Assembly: GCA_035624215.1 (NCBI GenBank)
Contig: DASPRY010000053.1
Coordinates: 9,119 to 73,118, forward strand
Length of the DNA stretch: 64,000 nucleotides
Direction: 5' to 3'
Origin: Terriglobales bacterium
GTDB lineage: Bacteria > Acidobacteriota > Terriglobia > Terriglobales > Acidobacteriaceae
Below, one piece after another: positions 26,006-37,725 of the stretch. Position numbers and translations under genes: made by a program. The notes beneath the pieces are model-generated. The model saw only the letters and a list, made by a program, of their open reading frames with translations, was not told the DNA's origin and ran no database searches. Within the stretch, counting starts at the first letter, position 1, and every line of letters begins with the position of its first letter.

Positions 26006-28795
26006 TCATCGTACCTGAGCTGTGGGCCGCAGTGCCTCCCACATGGCAACAACTTGGGCCCTCAATTCTTCTGTGAGCTTCTCGTACGCGCATTCTGAGG
26101 CTTTCGACTCAGGCGGCGGCCAAATCGGATCGCCAAATCTGATCTGCAACGGCGCAAATTTCTGAAAGCGCTTTCCGCGCGGCCATGTCTCGTAGAACCC
26201 CTCGATTGCCACCGGAACCATCGGCACCTGATTATGAATAGAAAGAATGGCCGCGCCCTTCTTGAATTTCTTGGGCAAGCCATCGATGGAGCGCTCGCCT
26301 TCCGGGTAAAGAATCAACACTCGTCCATGCCGCAAACCGAAGGTCCCGGCGCGCATGGCAGGAATGAGGTTCACGTCCGGATCCACCAGCATGATGCGCA
26401 GCCATCGGGCCAACACGCGCAACAGCCCGGTTCCGAAATGTTCGCTGGTGCCAACGAAGAAGATGTCCCGGAATACGGGCCACGGCAAAACGCTGCTCAT
26501 GATTACGCCATCGATGTAGCTCTGATGGTTGGAGCAGATGAGGAAAGGGCCGGCTGGAGGAAGTTTCTCCAGACCACTGACGCGAAGATGAAAACGGTCG
26601 TATGCGAAGAGTGCGACCATGCGCGTGACCACATACCAGAATGCCTCATCAATTCGTCGTGAGCTGGCGAGTGCCAGCACTTCCGGATCAGTGGGTAACT
26701 CCTCAAGCACATTTTTCCAACCGACGAACGGTCGCGGAGTCATGGCGGGTTCACTCTCACGGACTAAATCAACCAGCTCGCGCACACTGTAGACTTCCGC
26801 CAGGCGGGATTCTTCAACCTTAGCGCCCAGCTCCTGCTCCAAGGCGGCGAGAAGTTCCACTCGCTGCATGGAGTCCAGACCGAGATCGAGTTCCAGATTG
26901 TCTGAAGGGCGGATGGATCGAGGTTTGATGCGGGAAGCCTGACGAATCACCGCAATCGCGCGTTGCGTCTCGGGTTCGTCGAGCCACGCTGAATCTTCGC
27001 TGCTCAATGGCTTTTCAGCTACGAGGGTTTCCTCAGCTTTTCCGGCTTGCTTTTCTTTTACGCGCCGCTCTATTTCGAACCGTTTCAGCTTGCGCGTGGT
27101 CGTGCGCGGCAGGCTCGCCTGCCATATTTCGTAGCTGCCGATTCGCTTCGTGGACGGAAGTTGCGCTGAGAGCCCTTCAATATCGAAACGGATGACCTCC
27201 GTAACGTTCACGATTTTTCGCTGCCGGAGTACGTCGAAGTTGGGAACGATCACTGCGTGCAGACGATCCGATGTAGGATCGCCGGGCCGAGCTGCGAGAC
27301 CCAAAACGCAGATTTCCTGGATGTAAGGCGATTTCAGGTAGTGCGCTTCCACTTCTTCGGGGTAGATATTCTTTCCATTGCTGAGGACGATCACCTCTTT
27401 TGTGCGTCCGGTAATAAAGAGGTTTCCGCCGGCATCGAAGTAGCCAAGATCGCCGGTGTGCAGCCAGCCGTCTCGCAACACCTCAGAGGTGGCTTCCGGG
27501 CGGTTCCAGTAACCTTTCATTACCAGGGCTCCGCGGATCGCGATCTCGCCAACCGGCTGCGGAATCCCCTCTGCGGACTTCGGCTGGAGTATCTTGCCCT
27601 GCACACCCCGAAGCGGGGGCCCGACAGAGCCGATCACGTTGTTCTCGGGCGGGGTAGCGAACGCGCCGCCAGCAGTTTCCGTCAGGCCGTAAGCTTGGAG
27701 AATGTCGATTCCCAGCGCATAGAAGTCGCGTGCGATTCCGGGATCGAAGCGGGAACCGCCGGTGACCAGATAGCGCATGTTATGACCGAACAGCTGGTGG
27801 ATCTTGCGAAAAAAGAGCTTTCCAGAATTCCAGCCAAGCTTGCGGCACAGGTGTGTGAGAGCCATCAATGAGCGGACCGCGAGTTTTGCCAGCTTGCCGC
27901 GCTGAGAAACTTCTTTGAAGATTCGTTCATGAATCAGGTAGAAGAATTGCGGGACGACCGCAAGCGCCGTGATATTCCTTTCAGCCAGGGCGCGGAGCAA
28001 TTCGGTTGTGTTCAGCGTCTCGAGATAAACGATGCGCGATCCTTTGACCAGCGGCAGCAGCAGATTGGCCATTTGTGAAAGCACGTGAAAGAGAGGAAGT
28101 ACGCCTAGCAATGCATCTTCTGGGCCGATGTGCGCCCAGCCGAAAACCGCTTCCACTTCCCCCATCAGGTTGCCGTGCGTAAGCATGACCCCCTTGGGAT
28201 CGGCAGTTGTGCCGGAGGTGTAGAGCAGGGAGGCGAGGTCATCGTCCGCTAAGGAAGCCGGAACGAAATCTCGCGGACCTGCAGCAAAGATCCTGTTGAG
28301 ATCAGCTTGTGTAGCGTGAGCGCTGCTGGGGCTCAGCGCATCCATTCGCACGATGCATATGGCCGGTTCTAAGGCCGATTGGCCGATGACTGCCAGGTGC
28401 TTCTCATCGCAAAACAGCAGCGAGCTCCCACTGTCGTTTAGCAGCTTCGCAATTTGTGCGGCATGCAATGCGGTGTCGAGCGGAACGGCCACACATCCGG
28501 CAGCGATAATGCCTAGGTAGATTGCGACCCAGCGTGGGTGGTTGTCGGCCAAAATCGCAACTCGTGCCCCACGCTCGAGCTTTTGTCTCCGGAGCCAGGC
28601 GCCAATCGATTCCGCCATGTGGCGCAGCTCCGCGTAGGTGTAACTCTCTACCTCATCGCGATGTTGGATTTCCACTGCGATGTTATCGGGCCATCGGAGG
28701 GTGCAGTCGCGAAATAGATCGTAGAAGGTCGACATTGGCCAGCGGGAAATCTTACATGATGGGTCGTTCCCGCGACGTACCTCGTTGCCAGGCAT
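26006..28795 (-). CDS. tri-domain acyl-AMP ligase / carrier domain / 1-acylglycerol-3-phosphate-type acyltransferase (Aas-like, reversed domain order)
   Basis: LYTSGTTADPKGVMLTHGNL (AMP-binding), LGLDSMQRVELL (phosphopantetheine-attachment-like Ser), and CSNHQSYIDG plus YPEGERS (HX4D acyltransferase). The start is 28795 or 28735. Confidence 0.9.
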   Translation of the reverse strand: MPGNEVRRGNDPSCKISRWPMSTFYDLFRDCTLRWPDNIAVEIQHRDEVESYTYAELRHMAESIGAWLRRQKLERGARVAILADNHPRWVAIYLGIIAAGCVAVPLDTALHAAQIAKLLNDSGSSLLFCDEKHLAVIGQSALEPAICIVRMDALSPSSAHATQADLNRIFAAGPRDFVPASLADDDLASLLYTSGTTADPKGVMLTHGNLMGEVEAVFGWAHIGPEDALLGVLPLFHVLSQMANLLLPLVKGSRIVYLETLNTTELLRALAERNITALAVVPQFFYLIHERIFKEVSQRGKLAKLAVRSLMALTHLCRKLGWNSGKLFFRKIHQLFGHNMRYLVTGGSRFDPGIARDFYALGIDILQAYGLTETAGGAFATPPENNVIGSVGPPLRGVQGKILQPKSAEGIPQPVGEIAIRGALVMKGYWNRPEATSEVLRDGWLHTGDLGYFDAGGNLFITGRTKEVIVLSNGKNIYPEEVEAHYLKSPYIQEICVLGLAARPGDPTSDRLHAVIVPNFDVLRQRKIVNVTEVIRFDIEGLSAQLPSTKRIGSYEIWQASLPRTTTRKLKRFEIERRVKEKQAGKAEETLVAEKPLSSEDSAWLDEPETQRAIAVIRQASRIKPRSIRPSDNLELDLGLDSMQRVELLAALEQELGAKVEESRLAEVYSVRELVDLVRESEPAMTPRPFVGWKNVLEELPTDPEVLALASSRRIDEAFWYVVTRMVALFAYDRFHLRVSGLEKLPPAGPFLICSNHQSYIDGVIMSSVLPWPVFRDIFFVGTSEHFGTGLLRVLARWLRIMLVDPDVNLIPAMRAGTFGLRHGRVLILYPEGERSIDGLPKKFKKGAAILSIHNQVPMVPVAIEGFYETWPRGKRFQKFAPLQIRFGDPIWPPPESKASECAYEKLTEELRAQVVAMWEALRPTAQVR

Positions 28796-28857
28796 CTAAT
28801 ATGCTAGGCTCTTAGACATACCGGGCCGGTCTGCCCGCCCGCCGAAGGATCCAGGAC

Positions 28858-31836
<2,979 letters not shown>

Positions 31837-31870
31837 TTCATCTAGGCTTCTATGCCTTTCCTGAAATCAG

Positions 31871-31887
31871 CCGCAATTTTGCGGTTT
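31871..31887 (+). terminator. weak putative intrinsic terminator after secA
   Basis: CCGCAAttTTGCGG short hairpin followed by TTTATT, 35 nt after the secA stop. Confidence 0.3.
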
Positions 31888-31980
31888 ATTGGCATCGTCC
31901 AAATTACTCGACCACAAAAAGCGCTTAATGATCCATTGTCCCGACCGCGAGAGTGCTAGCTGTTTCTGTTCGCATGGGCT

Positions 31981-32661
31981 ATGATCTGGGCCTTGCTTCT
32001 GGCTACAAAACCCGCAGCGCTCTTGTGTCTGCTCTCAGTACTCGTGGCGCCGCTGAGCGCGTCGGATAGTAACAACTCGTCCCTTTCAACCAGCCCACAG
32101 GTTGGCTTCTCTGCCGATGACTTCGACTGGCGCCAAATGGTTCCGTATCTTTCAGTGGCTGCGGCTTTGCCCGGAGAGCAAGGCATCAAGGCGATACTGG
32201 AAAATTCCAGGGTACTTCGCGTCTATGTGGCAAACGACGTTCGCACGGAGTGTGCGCGGAATAAGGCCCAATGTCCTGGCGAAAGCTCGATGTATGGGGA
32301 AGTCACAAGAAGAATTGACGAGATCGTGCAGGAAGAGATTTTTCGTAAGAACAAATCGGCAATTGTCGACCATCCACTGACACGCCGCCCGTTTCCTTTC
32401 TCTGAGATTGCGGTCGTCAAGAGCGAAAAGCGGCAAGACGCATACCTCATCCTTGCGCTAGCTGACCGCAGCTACACGGCGGCGCAGGTGGAAGCGAAAT
32501 ATGGCGCGCCGTATGACACGGACATTTTCCAGTGGTACAGCGTTTTCAAATACCGGCTGGACAGCGCACGTTACAGCAGCAAGGCCGTTTTCGAGGTCGA
32601 TCCGGTGGATGGCGCGGTGATGAAGGTCGCGATCAGTTTGAAATCGAAGAAACGCCGCTAA
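31981..32661 (+). CDS. hypothetical exported protein
   Basis: 226 aa with signal-peptide-like N-terminus MIWALLLATKPAALLCLLSVLVAPLSA. No family recognised. Confidence 0.65.
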   Translation: MIWALLLATKPAALLCLLSVLVAPLSASDSNNSSLSTSPQVGFSADDFDWRQMVPYLSVAAALPGEQGIKAILENSRVLRVYVANDVRTECARNKAQCPGESSMYGEVTRRIDEIVQEEIFRKNKSAIVDHPLTRRPFPFSEIAVVKSEKRQDAYLILALADRSYTAAQVEAKYGAPYDTDIFQWYSVFKYRLDSARYSSKAVFEVDPVDGAVMKVAISLKSKKRR

Positions 32662-32696
32662 CCCATTTCTGATCCCGGAGCATTCTTCCGGCCAGC

Positions 32697-33842
32697 TTAT
32701 CGGAACTGCCCGCGGTGAGGCTCTTCGGTGCGCGGCTCGGATGGCGAATGCGGCGCAGGTTGTGGGCGAGGCGCTTCCTGGGGGCGTGCTTCATTCTCGC
32801 GGGGATACGCACTACCTGGATGCGGTGCTGTTTCCGTCCGAGGAACAGTCTCTGCCGGGGGTTGGGTCCCACGTGACGGGATTGTCGGCTCATAGGAACT
32901 TGGTGGACGAGGAAGGTTCGGTCGAGGGGCACCTTCTGCACCGTTTCCGGTGACTCCTCTTCCGGGAGTTTCTCCGTTTAAAGTAGTCGGAGGACGGGGT
33001 ACATCGTTGCGGGGCATCGGATTGTTGCCCGCCACTCCCGTTTGTGTGTTGCTTCCTGGACGCGGGACGTTGTTACCGCCCAAAACTGGACGCTTCTCAG
33101 GCGCCTTGTACGGTGCTCCCGCGCGGCTGGCTGCGATCACGCCGCGTCCGCTGAGCTCACCGGGCTTCGCTGTGGCTGCGATGGGTGGACGCCCTTGGTT
33201 GACCGAAGCGCGCAGCTGCGGATTCGTCTTGGCGGCAGCCTCATGTTGAAGCTGCGCTGGCGTGGGGTCGATGTGTGTCTCTCTCGCCGCGGCTTCCTGC
33301 TCCGCAGTTGGGGTGGCAACAATTCCACCTGGGCCACCGTTGTAGCTGACTCGATTAATGGTGGTTGTGTTGTTGTTGATCACCGTGGTGTTATAAACAT
33401 TGCGAACATTGACCACATTCACATTATTGACGGTCTGGTTGTAGTAGAAATGGTTTTCTCTCCAGTAGCCGCCGTAGTAGCCCGTTCCCGTATAGCCATA
33501 ACCGTAGGGGATGCCGCCGTAGAAGCCGACAACCGGTCCCCAATATCCGGGATGCCAGTAGTACAAGCCTCCGCCATAAGCCCAGTATCCGGGCGTCCAC
33601 AAATAACCTGGTTGAGGCGCCAGCACCCAGGTTCCCGGTACCCAGTAATAGCCGTATGGTCCCCACGCCCAGTATCCTGGAGTCCAAATGTAGCCTTCGG
33701 CAGGACAGAGAGGCTGCGCGTAGACAGGCAGCGCAGGCGGCCCGAAATTCACAGAGATAAACACACCTGCGGAAGCGGCGCCGGACATGGCTAAAAGAAC
33801 AACAGCAAGTAATAGCTGTCGAAGCGAGCGATTAATCTTCAT
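32697..33842 (-). CDS. YXWGXW-repeat-containing secreted protein
   Basis: Signal peptide, then repeated PGYW/GYYW units (GYIWTPGYWAWGPYGYYWVPGTW...LWTPGYWAYGG...WHPGYWGP), an N/V-rich segment and a Pro-rich tail. Confidence 0.8.
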   Translation of the reverse strand: MKINRSLRQLLLAVVLLAMSGAASAGVFISVNFGPPALPVYAQPLCPAEGYIWTPGYWAWGPYGYYWVPGTWVLAPQPGYLWTPGYWAYGGGLYYWHPGYWGPVVGFYGGIPYGYGYTGTGYYGGYWRENHFYYNQTVNNVNVVNVRNVYNTTVINNNTTTINRVSYNGGPGGIVATPTAEQEAAARETHIDPTPAQLQHEAAAKTNPQLRASVNQGRPPIAATAKPGELSGRGVIAASRAGAPYKAPEKRPVLGGNNVPRPGSNTQTGVAGNNPMPRNDVPRPPTTLNGETPGRGVTGNGAEGAPRPNLPRPPSSYEPTIPSRGTQPPAETVPRTETAPHPGSAYPRENEARPQEAPRPQPAPHSPSEPRTEEPHRGQFR

Positions 33843-33891
33843 GTCAATTCCAGGTTCTCACTCATACAAACGCGCTCGGCGGGAATATGTT

Positions 33892-33964
33892 GCGGCACCC
33901 GAAAGTGCCTGGCACGGCTGGACTTCCAAGCATCGCTTGGCTGCTGAGCCGCGGAAGGTGCCGC
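33892..33964. other. nested GC-rich stem-loop between murA and the YXWGXW gene
   Basis: GCGGCACC (33892-33899) pairs with GGTGCCGC (33957-33964). This encloses CGGCT (33915-33919)/AGCCG (33947-33951) and CCAAGC (33926-33931)/GCTTGG (33935-33940). Confidence 0.45.
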
Positions 33965-33997
33965 AGGACACGCTCAAATCACAACGAAAAACCCGGA

Positions 33998-35302
33998 TCA
34001 ACCGCGAGCCGCGGGAGCTACCGCCTTCTTGGGGAGAATTTCTCCGATGCGACGGATTTGTGCTCCGATGCCGCGCAGTTTCTCTTCAATGTTTTCGTAG
34101 CCGCGATCGATGTGGTACACGCGGTCGATGATGGTCTCGCCATCGGCAATAAGGGCGGCGAGGACCAGCGATGCTGAAGCGCGCAGGTCGGAAGCCAGGA
34201 CCGCTGCAGAACTCAACGGGGTCTTGCCGCGAACGATGGCACGTCTGCCTTCGATTTTAATATTCGCGCCCATCCGCACCAGTTCCAGCGCGTGCATAAA
34301 ACGGTTTTCGAAAATGTTCTCGGTGACGATCGAAGTGCCCTCCGCCTGGGTAGCAAGCGCCATATACTGTGCCTGCACGTCGGTCGGAAAGCCGGGATAC
34401 TCTTCGGTGATCATGTCGGAGGCGTGAAGAGGGTTGTCGCCCATCACGCGCACCGAGTCGTTGCTGACAGCCGTCTTCACTCCGACTTCTCCGAGTTTCT
34501 GCAAAACAGTGCCGACGTGATCGGGGTCGCAGCCGGCGACATGGAGATCCCCGCCGCTGATTGCTCCAGCAATTACAAATGTTGCAGCTTCGATGCGGTC
34601 TGGAATAATGCGATGTTTGGCACCGTGCAGCTTGTCCACGCCCTTGATATGGATGGTTGCCGAGCCTGCGCCTTCAATGCGGGCACCCATCTTGTTGAGC
34701 AAAGCAGCAAGGTCGGCGACTTCGGGCTCGCGGGCGCAGTTGAGCATCAGGGTTTCCCCTTCCGCGAGGGTGGCAGCCATCAGCAGGTCTTCCGTGCCAG
34801 TCACGGTAATCTTGTCAAAGACAATTTCAGCGCCTCTCAAGCGTTTAGCGCTGGCCTCGACGTAGCCGTGTTCCTGCTTGATGGTCGCGCCGAGACGCTC
34901 GAGCCCTTTGATGTGAAGATCGATTGGACGAGCCCCGATAGCACATCCGCCGGGCAAAGAAACGCGAGCGCGTCCGCAACGCGCCACCAGCGGCCCCAGA
35001 ACCAGGGTAGAGGCTCGCATGGTTTTCACCAGGTCATAAGAAGCCTCGGGCGAAGCGAGTTCGCGGCACGAAATTGTGGTTCGATGTTGGGCCCGTCCGT
35101 AGCCGAGCTCAACCTCAGCCCCCATAGCTGCCAGCAACTTGCGCGTAGTCTCGATATCGCGCACCTGCGGTATGTTTTCGAGGATAACCGGTTCATCGGT
35201 AAGTAAGGCGGCAGCCATCGCAGGCAGAGCTGCATTCTTGGCTCCGCTGACACGTACGGTTCCCAGCAATGGAGCTCCGCCCCGGATTACGAATTTGTCC
35301 AT
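33998..35302 (-). CDS. murA: UDP-N-acetylglucosamine 1-carboxyvinyltransferase
   Basis: MDKFVIRGG...[11 protein letters not shown]-terminus aligns with E. coli MurA. I chose the ATG at 35302. Confidence 0.95.
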   Translation of the reverse strand: MDKFVIRGGAPLLGTVRVSGAKNAALPAMAAALLTDEPVILENIPQVRDIETTRKLLAAMGAEVELGYGRAQHRTTISCRELASPEASYDLVKTMRASTLVLGPLVARCGRARVSLPGGCAIGARPIDLHIKGLERLGATIKQEHGYVEASAKRLRGAEIVFDKITVTGTEDLLMAATLAEGETLMLNCAREPEVADLAALLNKMGARIEGAGSATIHIKGVDKLHGAKHRIIPDRIEAATFVIAGAISGGDLHVAGCDPDHVGTVLQKLGEVGVKTAVSNDSVRVMGDNPLHASDMITEEYPGFPTDVQAQYMALATQAEGTSIVTENIFENRFMHALELVRMGANIKIEGRRAIVRGKTPLSSAAVLASDLRASASLVLAALIADGETIIDRVYHIDRGYENIEEKLRGIGAQIRRIGEILPKKAVAPAARG

Positions 35303-35487
35303 ACCAACTTTATTCCCTGGGACAACGTCGAACAGCGCAAGCCCCATGGATCACGTCCAGTCTGTGGCGCTTTTCTATTGTAGCGGGGAAAAAGTTGCCG
35401 GTAATCAAAGTGTGTTAATCGGAAGGGCACGACCGCTCGGAATGGAACTCAAGCTGCTTTGATCGGGCCGTCTAAGGAGGGTCTGTA

Positions 35488-36411
35488 TTACATGGACCGA
35501 GCCAGCGCAATAGCGCGACGGACATTGCGCCTGGCAGCGGTTAGACTCCGAGCGGCCTCAGCACGACTAACTCCGGTCTGCAGCATGACTAAGGCGACGG
35601 GAACACTGTTTCCCGCGGACTTCAGGGCTCGCCTGGCCGTCGTCCGATCGGTACCTGTGGCAAGCTGCAGAATCATGATGCCGCGCTCCCGTAGCTTTTC
35701 GTTCTTAACACGGACATTGACCATCAGGTTGCCATAAATGCAACCGAGACGCGCCATCGCTCCAGTGGAAAGCATATTTAGCACCATTTTCTGTGCAGTG
35801 CCGGCCTTCATGCGGCTGGATCCAGCGACAACTTCGGAGCCAACTTCGATCACGACGGCGAGATGCGCCGCCCGCGCCAGCGCCGAATGTGGGTTGCAGG
35901 TTACCGCAACCGTTTTGGCGCCCTTGCGTCGAGCATACTCGATGGCGGCGATGGTGAAGGGGGTGCGGCCACTGGCGGCGATTCCGACCACCACATCGTT
36001 TTTGCCGGGCTTCTTCTTAGCGATTTCGCGTTGGCCCAACCGACCGGAGTCCTCACTCTCCTCGACGGCGCCCAGCAGGGCCTTGGCGCCTCCGGCGATT
36101 ACAAACTGTACGGTTCTCGGATCGGTGTTGAAAGTTGGCGGGCACTCGGCGGCATCGAGTGCGGCAATGCGGCCGCTGGTTCCAGCCCCCACATAGATGA
36201 GTCGCCCACCGCGTTTTAGAGCTGCCTCTACCAGGTCGATGGCTTTTGCGATCTGTGGCAGGACCCGCTTGACGGCTACCGCCGCTTTAGCGTCTTCGTT
36301 ATTGATTATGCGTGCGATCTCGATCGAAGATTTGACGTCCAGATGACGTGAAGCTGGATTGCTTTGCTCGGTGAGCAAGCGGCTCAAGTTCTTCGCATCG
36401 GCACCCTTCAC
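35488..36411 (-). CDS. murQ: N-acetylmuramic acid 6-phosphate etherase
   Basis: LTEQSNPAS, SIS motif YVGAGTSGRIA and GSSRMKAGTAQK. The GTG at 36411 overlaps the upstream stop by 1 nt (TAGTG). Confidence 0.88.
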   Translation of the reverse strand: MKGADAKNLSRLLTEQSNPASRHLDVKSSIEIARIINNEDAKAAVAVKRVLPQIAKAIDLVEAALKRGGRLIYVGAGTSGRIAALDAAECPPTFNTDPRTVQFVIAGGAKALLGAVEESEDSGRLGQREIAKKKPGKNDVVVGIAASGRTPFTIAAIEYARRKGAKTVAVTCNPHSALARAAHLAVVIEVGSEVVAGSSRMKAGTAQKMVLNMLSTGAMARLGCIYGNLMVNVRVKNEKLRERGIMILQLATGTDRTTARRALKSAGNSVPVALVMLQTGVSRAEAARSLTAARRNVRRAIALARSM

Positions 36412-37535
36412 TAGCTTTTCTCCAGAGCTTCGACTACCGCATCGTGAAATGCAGGTCGTACCTGCTTGATGGCCTCGTTCCTGCAATCGGGCCAAGTCCG
36501 ATTGGTCAGCAGAGTTACAGACATCTGACGCTGTGGATCGATCCAGAGCGAGGTTCCCGTGTATCCCAGATGCCCAAACGAGCTATCGGAAAAATGTTTG
36601 CCTGACTGCGACGGAGGTGAGGCAGTGTCCCATCCGAGTGCGCGAGAGGTTCCTGGAGGGGTAGATTCGCGGCGGGTGAAAAGCGACAAAGTTTCTGGAC
36701 GAACAATCGGGCTGCCACCTTGCAGCATGGTATGAGCAAAGGTCGCCAAATCTTCCGCTGTGGAGAAAAGGCCGGCGTGCCCAGCAACCCCCTCCATGAC
36801 ACTGGCGTTTTCATCCTGGACCTCGCCTTGAATAATGCGCCGGCGAAAAGATTGATCGTCTGCGGTCGGCGGAACGGAAGCCCACCAATGCAGCGGAGGA
36901 TCGAATGTTGTGTGCGCCATGCCCAAAGGCCCAAAGATTTCTTGGCGGCAAAAGTGGTCGAGGGCGTCTTGGGCAAGCCGCTCGAGCGCCACCCCCAAAA
37001 TGATGAAACCAATATCGCTATACTCAGCGGCCGAGCCGGGATCATGTTTTAGCGGAGTCTGGAATGCCGCGGACAAAAGCGCATCGCGATCGCGCGCTTT
37101 CAGGAACAGTTTCTCGTAGGCGGGTAAGCCGGAAGAATGAGCCAGCAGCATGCGCATCGTGACCTGTCGACGCCGTTCCTCATCGCCTTTGAATTCCGGC
37201 ACGATGGAGACTACAGGCGTGTCCAGGTCGAGCAAGCCCCGCTCGTAAAGAATCATCGCCATGCTGGTGGTGGCAACGACTTTGGTAAGCGATGCGAGAT
37301 CGAAAATGCTCGCGGTGGTGGCTTCTGGGGTGTCAGCTTCGTACAAGAAGTGACCAAAAGCTTTCAGGCAAACCAGCGTTCCACGGTGCGTAACCGCCAC
37401 AGACGCGGCCGGGAAAGCGCGTTCCGCAATCGATCGGGTCAGCAATTCAAAAGCTTGCGCGAAGACTGCGTCTTGGCCTTCATAAGCGACCGCTGGTGCT
37501 CGGGCCGGCTTGATGACTGGAGAGTTGTCCGCCAA
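36411..37535 (-). CDS. serine hydrolase (beta-lactamase / class C esterase-like family)
   Basis: SLTK (S-x-x-K), YSD and GHLGYTGTS motifs. Confidence 0.85.
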   Translation of the reverse strand: MADNSPVIKPARAPAVAYEGQDAVFAQAFELLTRSIAERAFPAASVAVTHRGTLVCLKAFGHFLYEADTPEATTASIFDLASLTKVVATTSMAMILYERGLLDLDTPVVSIVPEFKGDEERRRQVTMRMLLAHSSGLPAYEKLFLKARDRDALLSAAFQTPLKHDPGSAAEYSDIGFIILGVALERLAQDALDHFCRQEIFGPLGMAHTTFDPPLHWWASVPPTADDQSFRRRIIQGEVQDENASVMEGVAGHAGLFSTAEDLATFAHTMLQGGSPIVRPETLSLFTRRESTPPGTSRALGWDTASPPSQSGKHFSDSSFGHLGYTGTSLWIDPQRQMSVTLLTNRTWPDCRNEAIKQVRPAFHDAVVEALEKS

Positions 37536-37725
37536 CGATGTAGTGTGTCCGATGTTCGGGTTATAGCAAAAGATGCGGTAAGCGGTAAAGATTGCCCATG
37601 GTACCTGGAGGGTGTGGATGTGGTGCCTTACTCATGTGCTGTGTAAATGATGGTAAGTTTGCCTTCGGGGCAGAGAACGAACCGCGCCCTTGTGTATGCG
37701 AGACGTTCTGAAGAGAATTGTTGCT

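Noticed and set aside
33042-33794. 250-aa plus-strand ORF
   Set aside because: It lies antisense to the YXWGXW-repeat gene. It is an artefact of the low-complexity repeat composition.
34292-35206. 304-aa plus-strand ORF
   Set aside because: It lies antisense to murA, which is unambiguous.
36412-36495. Longer version of murQ overlapping the serine hydrolase gene
   Set aside because: The family N-terminus begins near LTEQSN. The GTG at 36411 gives the expected length and a 1-nt stop/start overlap.
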